A stretch of DNA of 64,000 nucleotides from an uncultured Chloroflexia bacterium (GCA_963712735.1 CAVQIZ010000007.1:282870-346869); one strand, 5' to 3'. Shown: positions 10,024 through 20,511, counted from the stretch's first letter. Translations and numbers: made by a program. The notes: a model not told the origin generated them from the sequence alone.

Positions 10024-10680
10024 CTACGGCGCCAGGCGGACGATGCGCCAGCCGTCCCCCTCGCGCAGGTAGCTGAGCCGGTCGTGCATGCGGCTCCGTC
10101 GACCCTGCCAGAACTCCAGCATCTGCGGTCGCAGGCGATAGCCGCCCCAGAACGGTGGCAACGGGATATCTGCCGGATAGCGCGCGGCGATGCGCTCGGT
10201 CGCGGCAACCAGCTCCTCTCGCTGCGTCAGCGGCCGGCCCTGCGCCGAGGCCCAGGCCGCCAGCTGGCTCTTGCGTGGCCGCGCGCTGAAGTAGGCGGCG
10301 GATTCGGCCGCGTCGATGGCGGACACGGAGCCGGTCACCCGTACCTGCCGCTCCAGCGTCTCCCAGTGGAACACCAGCGCGGCGCGCGGGTTGGCCGCCA
10401 GGTCGCGCCCCTTGAGCGACTCGCGGTTGGTGTACCAGGTGAAGCCCCGGGCATCCACGCCGCGCAGGAGCACGATCCGTGCCGAGGGCGCACCTGCGGC
10501 ATCGGCGGTCGCGAGGGTCATCGCGTTGGGCTCGCGGATCCCGGCTGCCGCGGCAGCGGCCAGCCAGGCGTCGAACTGCCGGATGGGATCGGGATCAAGG
10601 TCGGCCTCGTCGAGGCTGCCTCGCCCGTAGTCCACGCGTCGAGCGACCGGGTCCGGCATCTGCCTGGAGGGCCCGGACAC
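10024..10680 (-). CDS. pdxH: pyridoxamine 5'-phosphate oxidase
   Basis: 218 aa. RIVLLRGVDARGFTWYTNRESLKGRDL, ERQVRVTG and the C-terminal FWQGRRSRMHDRLSY signature. Confidence 0.92.
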   Translation of the reverse strand: MSGPSRQMPDPVARRVDYGRGSLDEADLDPDPIRQFDAWLAAAAAAGIREPNAMTLATADAAGAPSARIVLLRGVDARGFTWYTNRESLKGRDLAANPRAALVFHWETLERQVRVTGSVSAIDAAESAAYFSARPRKSQLAAWASAQGRPLTQREELVAATERIAARYPADIPLPPFWGGYRLRPQMLEFWQGRRSRMHDRLSYLREGDGWRIVRLAP

Positions 10681-11289
10681 CTACGCGCCGTTCCCGGAGG
10701 CCTTCTCGTGGACCTGCTGGCGCAGGCGCCACTCGGAGGCGAGGATGCCCATGGTCAGCTCGTCCCAGCGTCCCCCGTCGCGCACGATGGCCTCGCGGTG
10801 CCGCCCCTCGAGCGTGAAACCGGCCTTCTCGTAGCTGCGGATGGCGCGCGAGTTGAAGCCGAACACCGAGAGGGCCACGCGATGCAGGCCGATGCGTTCG
10901 AACGCCAGCCACAGCATCAGCTCGGTCGCCTCGGTGCCGTAGCCCGCACCCCAGGTATCGGCCTCGCCGAGGCTGATGTGGAAGAGCGTGGAGCCGTTGT
11001 CGGCGTCCAGGTTGCTGAAGGTGGTGGAGCCGATGAGGCGCCCGCTCTGGTTGATGACGATGGCGTAGGCGACCTGCTCGGGTGACAGCAGGCGGCCGTG
11101 GAAGAAGCGGTCGATCTCGTCGACGCTCATCGGCCGCTGGGAGTAGCGCGTGAGCCGCCCCAGCTCGGGATCGCGGTACCAGCGCCGCACGTCGGCCAGG
11201 TCGTCGGGGTGATGATGGCGCAGCAGCACGCGTGAGCCACGGATGGTGGCGGGATGCCAGACCTGCCGCTGCTGCTCGACCGAGACCAT
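10681..11289 (-). CDS. GNAT family N-acetyltransferase
   Basis: Only the last 202 codons of the 554-aa ORF 10681-12345 look real (MVSVEQQ...). Acetyl-CoA motif RIGLHRVALSVFGFNSRAIRSYEKAGF. The upstream part of that ORF is the antisense shadow of the ligase gene. Confidence 0.85.
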   Translation of the reverse strand: MVSVEQQRQVWHPATIRGSRVLLRHHHPDDLADVRRWYRDPELGRLTRYSQRPMSVDEIDRFFHGRLLSPEQVAYAIVINQSGRLIGSTTFSNLDADNGSTLFHISLGEADTWGAGYGTEATELMLWLAFERIGLHRVALSVFGFNSRAIRSYEKAGFTLEGRHREAIVRDGGRWDELTMGILASEWRLRQQVHEKASGNGA

Positions 11290-11352
11290 GGCCAGCGATG
11301 CTAGCGTAACGGCCGACGACGAGTCCCCGGCCAGCGGCAGCAAGGTAGATCG

Positions 11353-13104
11353 ATGAACGCGCCAGCCACCGGCTCGATGACGCGCTGGGCCCAGACGGCC
11401 GAGCGCATCCGGGCCACGCGCAAGACCTCCGAGAAGAGCGCCATCGTCGCCGAGTACCTGCGCTCGCTCGCGGGCGACGACCTCGCCATCGCTGCTGTCT
11501 TCCTCAGCGGTCGTGCCTTCCCCGAACGCGACCAGCGCACGGCAGGTCTGGGCTGGGCGGCCATCTCCGCGGTCGTGCGTGAGCTGGCCGCCGCTGACGA
11601 GGACGCGATGCGGCGAGCCTACGACCGCTCGTCGGACCTGGGCATGGCCGTGGAGGAGCTGCTGACGGAGGCCGGCCACCAGCCCACCGGTCCCGCCCTT
11701 GCCCTGTGCGACGTCGCCAGCGGCTACCAGTCGCTGGCGGCCGCGGCCGGTCGCGCCGCCAAGGCGGATGTCTTCGGCGGCCTGCTGCGTCGCGCAGACC
11801 CGCTTGTCGCGCGCTACGTCACTGCCATCCTCGGTGGCGAGCTGCGCATCGGCCTGCGCGAGGGCCACCTGGAGAAGGGCATCGCCGCGGCGTTCGGGCG
11901 GGAGGTCGCCGCGGTGCAGTGGGCGGGCATGCTCACCGGTGACATCGGCCGGACCGCGGTGCTGGCCCGCGACGACGCGCTCGCCAGCGCCCGCCTGGCC
12001 CTGTTCCATCCGCTCAAGTCGATGCTGGCCTCGCCGGTGGCCGACGAGGCGGCGGCGCTGGCCCGCCTCAGCCCGCCGGTGTGGGTGGAGGACAAGTACG
12101 ACGGCATCCGTGCCCAGCTCCACAAGCAGGCCGGCGAGGTGCGCCTCTACAGCCGTGACCTCAACGACGTCAGCGGCCAGTTCCCCGAGATCGATCGAGG
12201 CTGCCGCCGGGCTGCCCTGGGACGGCATCCTCGACGGTGAGATCCTGGCCTGGCGCGATGGACTGGTGCTGCCCTTCCTGGCGCTGCAGTCGCGCCTCGG
12301 CCGCAAGAAGCCGTCGGCTGCCATCCGCGCCGAGGTGCCCGTCATCTACGTCGCCTTCGACGTGCTTGCCGCAGGCGGGGACGGCCGGCCGCCCGAGCCA
12401 TTGCTGCGCCAGCCCCTGCGGGAGCGCCGTCGACATCTCGAGACGTTCGACCTCGCACGCACGCCGGGCTTCGGGCTGGCCGCGCTCGTGGACGCGGCGG
12501 ACGCCGCTGAGCTCGAGCGCATCTTCGACGCCGCCCAGCAGCGAGGCAACGAGGGCCTGATGCTGAAGGACCCCGAGTCCACCTACGCGCCTGGCCGGCG
12601 CGGCTATGCCTGGCTGAAGCTGAAGAAGGCGTTGACCACGCTCGACTGCGTCGTCGTCGGCGTGGAGGTCGGCCACGGCCGCCGTCACGGCGTGCTCTCG
12701 GACTACACCTTCGCGGTGCTGGACGACCGGCCCGCAGCTGCCGATGGCGCGCTGGTGCACGATCGGCAAGGCCTACAGCGGTCTGACCGATGTCGAGATC
12801 GCCGCAGATGACGCGCTGGTTCGAGGCGCACACCATCAGCCGCCACGGGCGCTACCGGGTGGTGGAGCCCCGCGTCGTGGTGGAGATCGCCTTCGACGTG
12901 GTGCAGGCGTCGAAGCGGCACGCGTCGGGGTTCGCCCTGCGGTTCCCTCGCATCGTGCGCATCCGCCACGACAAGGATCCCGCCGGCATCGACCGCTGGA
13001 GCACGGTGGCTGCGCTGCATGCGCACCTGTCGGTGGCCGGTCGCCATGGCGTGCTCACCGCCGGCCGGCTGGCGCCGACGGAGCCGGCTGCGCCTGAGCG
13101 ATGA
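11353..13104 (+). pseudogene. ATP-dependent DNA ligase (LigB/LigC type), three frame breaks
   Basis: The pieces in frames 1, 2, 0, 1 join cleanly. Adenylation motif I EDKYDGIRAQ, then EGLMLKDPESTY, WLKLKKA, TIGKAYSGLTDVEI, and the OB-domain tail RFPRIVRIRHDKD. Each break (about 12193, 12757, 12805) is removed by deleting one base. Confidence 0.85.
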
Positions 13105-13160
13105 TGTACCCATGAACCCCACCCGGGCCCGGCGATGAGCGAGCCACCCCGGCACCCGCG

Positions 13161-14322
13161 ATGAGCGAGCCACCCCGCCGCTTCGATCGCGTCCGCGGCC
13201 TGCGCGACGTGCTGACGGCCACCGGTGCCGGCATCAACCTCTCGACGCACCTGGCCGGCCCCATCCCGGCCGAGACGATGGCGGCCGTGCACGAGTCCGA
13301 CGAGATGGAGCTGCGCATCGGTCGCGCCGGACCCGATCGCGACGAGGACCTGGCCCAGCGCGAGCGCGAGGCGCGCGCGGTGGCCGCCGCCGTGCTCAAG
13401 GCGTCGCCGGAGCGCGTGGTGCTCACCCACGGTGCGCCGGAGGCCGCCCGCCTCGCTGCCCTGGAGGTGCTCGAGCGACGCGACGACGGGCCGCAGCGGG
13501 TGCTGCTGCTCACCGGCCTCGACCGCGTCATCGCCGCAGCCATCCGTGACGTGGCCGACGTCGCCGGAGCCGAGGTGGAGGTGCTCGCCGAGGCGCCGCA
13601 GGTGCTGCCTGCCGCTACGGCCCTGGTGGCGATGGCCCACGTCGATCGCGATGGGCGTCTCGCCGATGTGCCGCCGGTCGCCCGCTCGGCCCATGCTGTC
13701 GGTGCTCGCCTGCTGCTCGATGCCGGCCTGAGCGTGGGCGCGCTCCCGACCGACGTGGAGGAGCTGGGGGCGGACATCGTCATCGCCGACGGCCATCGCT
13801 GGCTGCTGGGCCCCGACGCGGTGGCCATCGCCTGGTTCACGCCTGACATGGGGGTCGAGGTGCCGCAATGGCTGCGCGAGGCGTGTGCGCCCTTCGCGCG
13901 CGGCTCGCTGCTGTCGCTCGCGCGCAGCGTGGGCTGGCTGCTGATGTACGTGGAGCTGCCCTGGGCCATCGATCGCACGCTGACCCTGGCCGACCAGCTG
14001 TACGAGGACCTCGCCGACATCGACGGCGTGGAGACTGGTGGCGTCGCCGGCGGCCCACGGCGCCATCGCTGCCTTCCGCGTCGCCGGCTGGGACGCGGAG
14101 TCGGTGGCCGATGAGCTCAGCCGCAGCGTCTTCGCCATCGTCGAGGCCGACAGCGAGAGCGACCTCGTGCGCGTCAGCGTGGCTGCCTGGAACCGTGAGC
14201 GCGAGCTGGAGCGGTTCGTGGAGCGTCTCTCCGAGATCGCCGCCCACTCGCCCGAGACACTGCCTCGCCGGCCCTCGCTGACGGTCATCAGCGGACCCAT
14301 CGATCCCGAGGAGGGCGCGTGA
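13161..14322 (+). pseudogene. aminotransferase class V-fold protein lacking the PLP lysine, one frame break
   Basis: ORF 13161-14114 plus ORF 14038-14322 join when one base near 14034 is deleted (DGVE-LVASPAAHGAIAAFRV). Cysteine-desulfurase-like layout, but the SGHK motif reads DGHRWLLGPDAVAIAW (Arg codon CGC). Confidence 0.7.
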
Positions 14323-14717
14323 GCGAGCCACCGCCGAAACGCGAGGTGCGCCAGCGCTCGGAGCTGGAGATCCGTTGGCGGCAGGCCCGCAACGCCCCGC
14401 CGCCGGTGGTGCGCGCCGTGCTGGCCAACGTGGCGGTCGCGTTCGTCGGCGGCATCGTGCTGCTGATCGGCGACTGGCTCGCCAGCGGCGGCGCGCTGCC
14501 GGCGTGGGTGCTGGACCTGGGGCCACTCGTCTACGTGGCGGTCGTCATCGTCAGCGGTACCGTCTTCACCTACCTGTGGGTCGAGCTGCCCACGGGCGTG
14601 CCCGGCGAGAAGCGGCGCTCCCCGTGGGCGGGCGTGCTGGGCTTCTTCGCCAGCATCCCCATCGTCTACCTCGCGCTGGTCATCATCTTCGAGATCCTGC
14701 GCCCGCTCTTGCCATAG
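14319..14717 (+). CDS. small integral membrane protein, unknown function
   Basis: 132 aa. The GTG start overlaps the upstream stop (GTGA). Four predicted TM helices. No family recognised. Confidence 0.5.
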   Translation: MSEPPPKREVRQRSELEIRWRQARNAPPPVVRAVLANVAVAFVGGIVLLIGDWLASGGALPAWVLDLGPLVYVAVVIVSGTVFTYLWVELPTGVPGEKRRSPWAGVLGFFASIPIVYLALVIIFEILRPLLP

Positions 14718-14743
14718 GCGCAGGGCGCATCACCACGTGCTGC

Positions 14744-14772
14744 TTCGCCCTGTCGGGGCCCAGTGCTAGCAT
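14744..14772 (+). promoter_or_regulatory. candidate promoter for the tRNA gene
   Basis: TTCGCC, 17 nt, TAGCAT, about 45 nt upstream of the tRNA 5' end. The -35 element is weak. Confidence 0.3.
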
Positions 14773-14818
14773 CGTGTCAGGTTCGACCGGTGGTCGGCCC
14801 AGCGACAGCCCTCCCGGA

Positions 14819-14894
14819 GGGGGAGTAGCTCAACGGTTAGAGCGGTCGGCTTATATCCGACTGGTTCCAGGTTCGAGTCCTGGCTCCCCTACCA
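14819..14894 (+). tRNA. tRNA-Ile with anticodon TAT (UAU)
   Basis: Hand-folded cloverleaf: acceptor GGGGGAG/CTCCCCT, D arm GCTC-AACGGTTA-GAGC, anticodon arm GTCGG-CTTATAT-CCGAC, variable TGGTT, T arm CCAGG-TTCGAGT-CCTGG, discriminator A, encoded CCA. The anticodon sits at 14852-14854. Confidence 0.85.
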
Positions 14895-14918
14895 CCCTCG
14901 CGCTGCCAGGCACACGAA

Positions 14919-14958
14919 GGCCGCGCGGCCGACCCTCCCAGGATCGACGCGCGCGGCC
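14919..14958. terminator. hairpin between the tRNA and the convergent SBP gene
   Basis: 9-bp stem GGCCGCGCG / CGCGCGGCC with a 22-nt loop and no clear U-tract. Confidence 0.35.
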
Positions 14959-14982
14959 GGTGGTTACGTGGTCAGGTCCGGT

Positions 14983-15972
14983 CTACTGGCAGTTCGCGCT
15001 CGTGCCGGCCTCGACCGGGGCGAACTGGTAGTAGTCACAGGCGTTGTCAGGGGTCAGCAGGACCATGTCGATGGACTGCTTCTCGGGGAGGTCGGTCATG
15101 CCGCCGGCCTGGATGTAGGCGTCAGCCTGGATCGCAGCCTGCAGCGCCATCTCGGCGACCGGCTGGAGCGACGTGGCCTTGAGTCCACCCTGGTTGATGG
15201 AGACGATGGCGTCATCACTGCCGTCGAAGCCGACGACGATGATCTCGGGCTTGCCGGCCGCCTCGACGGCAGCCTGTGCACCGAGCGCCATGGTGTCGTT
15301 ACCGGCGATGATGCCCTTGACGTCCGGGTTCGACTGGAGCAGCTGCTCGGTCACGTCGTAGCCCTCGGTCTGGCTCCAGTTGGCGGTCTGCTGGGCGACC
15401 ATCGTCATGCCGTCGATGGCATCGAGCACGTCGTGGTAGCCCTGCGAGCGCACCGCAGCGTTGGTATCGGTGTCCCTGCCGGTCAGCTCGATGTAGGTTC
15501 CCTCCTCGCCCATCAGCGAGGCGAACTCCTCGGCCAGGATCGTGGCGCCCTGGTAGTTGTTCGAGACGATCTGCGCGACGGCAACGCCGTCCTGCGTGAT
15601 CTCGCGGTCGACCAGGAAGCTGGGGATGCCGGCATCCTTGGCCGCCTGCACCGCCGCCACCGTGGCGTCTGCGCCGGCGTTGTCGAGGATGATGGCGACG
15701 GCGCCCTGCGAGATGCAGCTCTCGAAGAGCTCCAGCTGCTTGTTGGCATCGTCATCGTGAACGAGACGGGTAGTGCTGTAACCCAGCTCCTCGGCCTTGT
15801 CGGCCGCGATCTGCTGCATGGCGCCGAAGAAGGGGTTCTCCACCGGCGGCACGATGACGCACATCATGCCCTTGTCCTGAGCGCTGGCCACCAGCGCCTG
15901 GGAGCCGACCAGTGTTGCCACCGTGGCCACCAGGATCAGGCCACGCATACCCGGGATCTTGTTGCGGTCCAT
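14983..15972 (-). CDS. sugar ABC transporter substrate-binding protein (RbsB / periplasmic binding protein family 1)
   Basis: ORF 14983-15999. GGAGG lies 5 nt upstream of the ATG at 15972 (MDRNKIPGMRGLILVA...). Signal peptide present. Motifs VENPFFGAM, FLVDREI, IIAGNDTMALGA. Confidence 0.9.
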   Translation of the reverse strand: MDRNKIPGMRGLILVATVATLVGSQALVASAQDKGMMCVIVPPVENPFFGAMQQIAADKAEELGYSTTRLVHDDDANKQLELFESCISQGAVAIILDNAGADATVAAVQAAKDAGIPSFLVDREITQDGVAVAQIVSNNYQGATILAEEFASLMGEEGTYIELTGRDTDTNAAVRSQGYHDVLDAIDGMTMVAQQTANWSQTEGYDVTEQLLQSNPDVKGIIAGNDTMALGAQAAVEAAGKPEIIVVGFDGSDDAIVSINQGGLKATSLQPVAEMALQAAIQADAYIQAGGMTDLPEKQSIDMVLLTPDNACDYYQFAPVEAGTSANCQ

Positions 15973-16109
15973 TCGTTCCTCCATACCTACTCTCTCCACC
16001 TCGGTGGCGTGTCAGCTTGGTCGCCGACAGAGTCCTCCTCCGAGTGGTCACACAAGGATGTGGCGCTTGGTTCGGATGTCTTCGTTGGGCCTCCTTTCGT
16101 GGGCTGCGT

Positions 16110-17207
16110 CTAGGCAGCTGTGGTGGATTCGTCGGGGGCGCCGATGTGGGCGGCCTGCTGCTGCAGCGCGAGGCGCCGCTCGGCGCGCTGCTGCAGCTGA
16201 TCGATGATGAGAGCCAGCACGATGACGACGCCCTTGATGACCTGCTGCCAGAAGGACGAGACGCCCAGCTGGTTGAGCCCGACGGTGAGCACGCCGATGA
16301 CGAAGGCGCCGATCAGCGTGCCCACGATGGCGCCCCGGCCACCGGCCAGCGACGTCCCACCCAGGACCACCGCGGCGATGGCGTTGAGCTCGAAGAAGAC
16401 GCCGGTGGCGGGGTGCGCCGCCACGAGCTGGGAGGAGATGATCAGGCCGACCGTCGCGGCGCAGAAGCCGCTGACCATGTAGACCGTCATCTTGGTGCGC
16501 GTGACGCGCACACCTGACAGCTCTGCCGAGCGCTCGTTGCCACCCACCGCGTAGACGGCTCGCCCGAGGGGCGTCCGAGTGGTCACGAACCAGGCCAGGA
16601 CGGCGAAGATGATCATGATCCAGATAGCCCAGCTGATGCCGAAGAGCTCGCCGGTGCCGAGCTCCGCGTAGCCGGTGTTGCCCAGCTCCTCGCGCCCGAT
16701 GAGATTGGGGAAGGTATTGCCGTTGTTGAGCAGCCCGGCGGCACCTCGAGCCACGTACAGCATGCCCAGCGTGGCGATGAACGGAGCCACGTTGAAGCGC
16801 GTGATGATGAAGCCGTTGACGGCGCCCACGAGCGCCCCCGCCGCCAACGCCAGCACGATGACCATCCAGGTGTGCGGATAGACGATGACGTCGAGCGCGC
16901 TGATCTGGATGCCCTCGTTGATGAGGAGGCCGGCGATCATGGCCGTCAGACCCACGACCGAGCCAACGGAAAGGTCGATGCCGCCGGTGATGATCACGAA
17001 GGTCATGCCGATGGCGAGGATGGCGTTGATGGCCGTTTGCTTGGCCAGGATCTCGAAGTTGCCCAACTGCAGGAAGGTTGGCGATAGCACCCCGAAGATG
17101 ACGACGAGGACCACCAGGGCGAGCACCGCACGACCGCGAAGCAGCAGCTGCGCGACTTCGGTCCTGGTCATGCCGCCGCCCCTGATCGACCTCGCCGTTC
17201 CCGTCAC
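16110..17207 (-). CDS. sugar ABC transporter permease (RbsC family)
   Basis: 365 aa, about 10 TM helices. Motifs GGIDLSVGS and [13 protein letters not shown]. The ATG overlaps the ATPase stop (ATGA). Confidence 0.9.
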   Translation of the reverse strand: MTGTARSIRGGGMTRTEVAQLLLRGRAVLALVVLVVIFGVLSPTFLQLGNFEILAKQTAINAILAIGMTFVIITGGIDLSVGSVVGLTAMIAGLLINEGIQISALDVIVYPHTWMVIVLALAAGALVGAVNGFIITRFNVAPFIATLGMLYVARGAAGLLNNGNTFPNLIGREELGNTGYAELGTGELFGISWAIWIMIIFAVLAWFVTTRTPLGRAVYAVGGNERSAELSGVRVTRTKMTVYMVSGFCAATVGLIISSQLVAAHPATGVFFELNAIAAVVLGGTSLAGGRGAIVGTLIGAFVIGVLTVGLNQLGVSSFWQQVIKGVVIVLALIIDQLQQRAERRLALQQQAAHIGAPDESTTAA

Positions 17208-18813
17208 TGCCGGGCTCCTTCCATGATCTGCTGTCCTTGTCTCGTCAGCCGTGCCGCGGGCCCATGTCCGACCGCCGAGGCTGCGACGAGCTTCTCCTCG
17301 GTCGCCTCGTCACTGCTGAACTCGGCACTGATGGCGCCCTTGGAGAGCACCAGGACCCGGTCCGACATGGCCAGCACCTCCTTCAGCTCCGAGGAGACGA
17401 AGAGGATGGCGAGGCCCTCGCTGGCCAGCCGGCTCATGATCTGGAAGATCTCGGACTTGGCGCCGACGTCGATACCGCGCGTGGGTTCGTCGAGCAGCAG
17501 CACCTTGGGCTGTCGTCAGCAGCCCCTTGGCCACGACCACCTTCTGCTGGTTGCCACCGCTCAGCGAGGTGATGGACTGCGTTCGGCGAGGCCACGCGGA
17601 TCGACAGGTCCTCGATCATCTGGTCGACGGCGCTGCGCTCCCGCCCGCGTGAGAGGTAGAAGCCCTGGAGGTACTTGCGGAGGCTGGCGAGGACCATGTT
17701 GTGGGCCACCGAGAGGGCTTCGACAAGCCCGTCCGTCTTGCGGTCCTCCGGCACCAGCACCACGCCGGCTTCGATGCGATCGGCCACCGAGGCCCCGCCC
17801 AGGATGCGTCCATCGAGCCAGACCTCGCCGTCGGCTTCGGGGCGCACGCCTGCCAGCACCTCCATCAGCTCCGAGCGGCCGGCGCCCATGAGTCCGTAGA
17901 GGCCCAGGATCTCGCCCGCATGGACTTCCAGTGAGATGTGGTCCAGCAGGAAGCCGCCGCCCAGTCGCGGCAGGGTCACGTCGCTGACCCGCAGCAGCGT
18001 CTCGCCCTGCTCGTGCTCGGTACGGCTGAACAGCGATGCCGGCTGAGCGCCCGACCATCTGCTCGATGATCCAGGCGACGTCGACATCTGCTGCCTCCGC
18101 GCTGGCCACGATGCGGCCGTCGCGCAGGACGGTGATGCGGTCGCCGATGCTGCAGCAGCTCGTCGAGCTTGTGCGAGATGTAGACGATCGAGACACCGCG
18201 CGACTTGAGGTCGCGGATGATGCGGAAGAGGCCCTCGACCTCTGCCTGGCTCAGCGCCGAGGTCGGCTCGTCCATGATCAGCACCCGCACGTCACGCGTG
18301 AGGGCCTTGGCGATCTCCACGATCTGCTGCTGCCCGATGCGCAGGTTGCTGACCAGCTCGTCGGGGTCGATGTCCTGCTCCAGGCGCTCGAGCAGCTCGG
18401 TGGCCAGCTGCTTCTCCGCCTTCTTGTCGATGCACGCCACCGCGGACGATCTCCTGGGCCAGGAAGAGGTTGTCGAGCACGCTCAGGTTGGGGCTGAGGT
18501 TGAGCTCCTGGAAGATGATGCCGACGCCATGGTCGGCCGCGGCGGTCACGCTCGGCAGCACGACCGGCTTGCCGTCGATGAGCACTCGGCCCTCGGTGGG
18601 CTGCTCGACGCCGGCGAGGATCTTCATCAGGGTCGACTTGCCGGCACCGTTCTCGCCGACGAGGACGTTGACCCGGCCCTCGTGGACGTCGAAGCTGACG
18701 TCGTCGAGCGCGGTCGTGCCGGGGAAGACCTTGGTGATGTGTTCGGCGCGCATGGGCACAGGCAGGGACAGGGCCGTCGGGCCGTCCATGCTGGCCCCCG
18801 CGGGCGCGGTCAC
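17204..18813 (-). pseudogene. sugar ABC transporter ATP-binding protein (two NBDs), five frame breaks
   Basis: Six overlapping ORF pieces spell one RbsA-like protein. Walker A motifs GENGAGKST and GLMGAGRSE, signature LSGGNQQK, Walker B motifs [10 protein letters not shown] and [11 protein letters not shown]. Breaks lie near 18438, 18150, 18035, 17580 and 17515, and each steps the frame the same way. Confidence 0.85.
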
Positions 18814-19502
18814 TGGACCTCGACCCTGGTGGGCACGATCATCAGCTCGCTCACGTCGATGACGGGCTGGTTGAACGTGCGAATGGTGAGGGCGCCGGTC
18901 AGGGCGATGCGCTGGCCCTCCAGGGACGCGGCGTCGAGCGACTCCAGGTCGGCGACGACCTTCTTGTTGATCTCGGAAGCGACCTTGCCGTATTCGGTCT
19001 GGTCACGGAAGTCGCCGAACTGGATGAAGCCGGTGGCATCGCGGATGGACGATTCATCGCTGGGGATGCGGGTTCCCACGTAGGCCCGCACCTCGATCGG
19101 TCCGTCGTACCCGTCGACGGCAAGGCCGATGGTGCCCTTGCTGGTCTCGGTGTCTACGTCGGTCACCGTGGCGGTGGCATTGACTCGAAAGACGAGCGCC
19201 TCACCGGTGGTGATCATCCCGAGCTCCTGCGCGACGGGCGTGAGGGCCTCCGTGGTCACCTTGCCCTCTGCGTCCGGTTCGATCCGGTTCAGCACGTCGG
19301 CCAGCGAGACGGCGTTGTCCGTGATCACGGTCTGGATGTCGTCCCAGACACCGTCCACATAGGCGGCCGGGTCGAACTCGACGTTCAGGGCCGCCTCCTC
19401 CTCGGTCGAGACCACGGTGAAGCCGAACAGCGCTGCCACGACCACGAACAACGCGATGGCACCGATGGCGACGGCCATGCCCCGACTGAACTTCTCCCTC
19501 AT
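18810..19502 (-). CDS. DUF2291-type lipoprotein/anchored protein associated with sugar ABC transporters
   Basis: Internal ATG at 19502 preceded by GAAGGAG. N-terminal TM/signal segment (MAVAIGAIALFVVVAALFGF). 230 aa. The stop overlaps the ATPase start (ATGA). Confidence 0.7.
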   Translation of the reverse strand: MREKFSRGMAVAIGAIALFVVVAALFGFTVVSTEEEAALNVEFDPAAYVDGVWDDIQTVITDNAVSLADVLNRIEPDAEGKVTTEALTPVAQELGMITTGEALVFRVNATATVTDVDTETSKGTIGLAVDGYDGPIEVRAYVGTRIPSDESSIRDATGFIQFGDFRDQTEYGKVASEINKKVVADLESLDAASLEGQRIALTGALTIRTFNQPVIDVSELMIVPTRVEVQ

Positions 19503-20510
19503 GCCACCGTTGCTCCTTCTGATCTTGCGGCTGCCTGGACGTCTTCGCGGCGCGGGCCCGGTCGCCAGCAGGCGCTCGGCGGTGTAGGTGTCGGTGATGA
19601 GGCAGTTGATCCAGCCGCCCAGCAGAGCGGCCCGGATGGCCTCGGTCTTGCCCGGCCCGCCGGCCACGGCGATGGCCCGCGGCACGCGCTTGAGCTGCGC
19701 GAGTTCGATGCCGATGACGCGGTCATCGAGGGGCGTTCGCACGACCTGCCCGTCCGCACACAGGAAGCGCAGGCCGATGTCGCCGACCCCTCCGGCCGCG
19801 CGGACCGTCAGCAGCTCGGCGGGGGAGAAGACGTTGCCGCTGCTCGCGAGCAAGCCGGAGGGCTGCTGTCCGCCGATGCCCACCAGGGCCACGTCGAGCT
19901 CGTCGAAGAGGGCCATGGCGCGCTGCACGAAGGGGTCCTCGAGGAGCACGCGGCGAGCCTCCGCCGAGCCCACGCTGCTGGGTGCCGGCAGGAACGTGCC
20001 CTCGCCGTGGAGCAGGTAGGCCAGGCGGCGCACGAGATGCGTGGCGTGGCCTTCCGCGGCCGGGTCGCCGCCGCCTCCGAGGATCTGGACCACGCGCGTG
20101 TCGCGCACGCCGCTGACCGGGTGCATCGCCTCCACCATCGCCAGCAGCGAGGCGCTCCAGGAGCTGACGCCGATGACGTCCCCTGAGCGAACCGTGGATT
20201 CGAGATGGAAGGCCGCGGCGGCGCCCAGCTCGCGCACGGCGGCCGCGTCATCGTCGCGCGAGATCTCCACGATCTCCGCCTGTGCCAGGCCGTAGCGCGC
20301 CTCGAGCTCCTCCTCCAGCTCCGGCTCCGTCCCACTGGGGGCGCGCACGGAGATGCGCACGATGCCCTCCTCCTGCGCCTGCCGCAGCAGTCGCGAGACC
20401 TTGGGTTGGGAGAGGCGCAGGCGAGCGGCGATCTCCGGCTGCTTGAGGCCCACCTCGTAGTAGAGCCGCGCGACGCGGGCCATCAGACGCAGCTCGTCGG
20501 CGCGTGCCAC
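19499..20510 (-). pseudogene. SorC/DeoR-type sugar-binding transcriptional regulator, C-terminal frame break
   Basis: HTH region LYYEVGLKQPEIAARLRLSQPKVSRLLRQAQEEGIV plus a sugar-phosphate-binding domain (VALVGIGG, AIAVAGGPGKTEAIRAALLGG). As written it reads straight into DUF2291. The adjacent frame ends with a TGA overlapping the DUF2291 ATG (ATGA). Confidence 0.8.
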
Positions 20511-20511
20511 G

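Noticed and set aside
11290-12345. N-terminal 352 aa of the 554-aa ORF 10681-12345
   Set aside because: This part is antisense to the DNA ligase and compositionally non-coding. Only the last 202 codons (GNAT) are supported.
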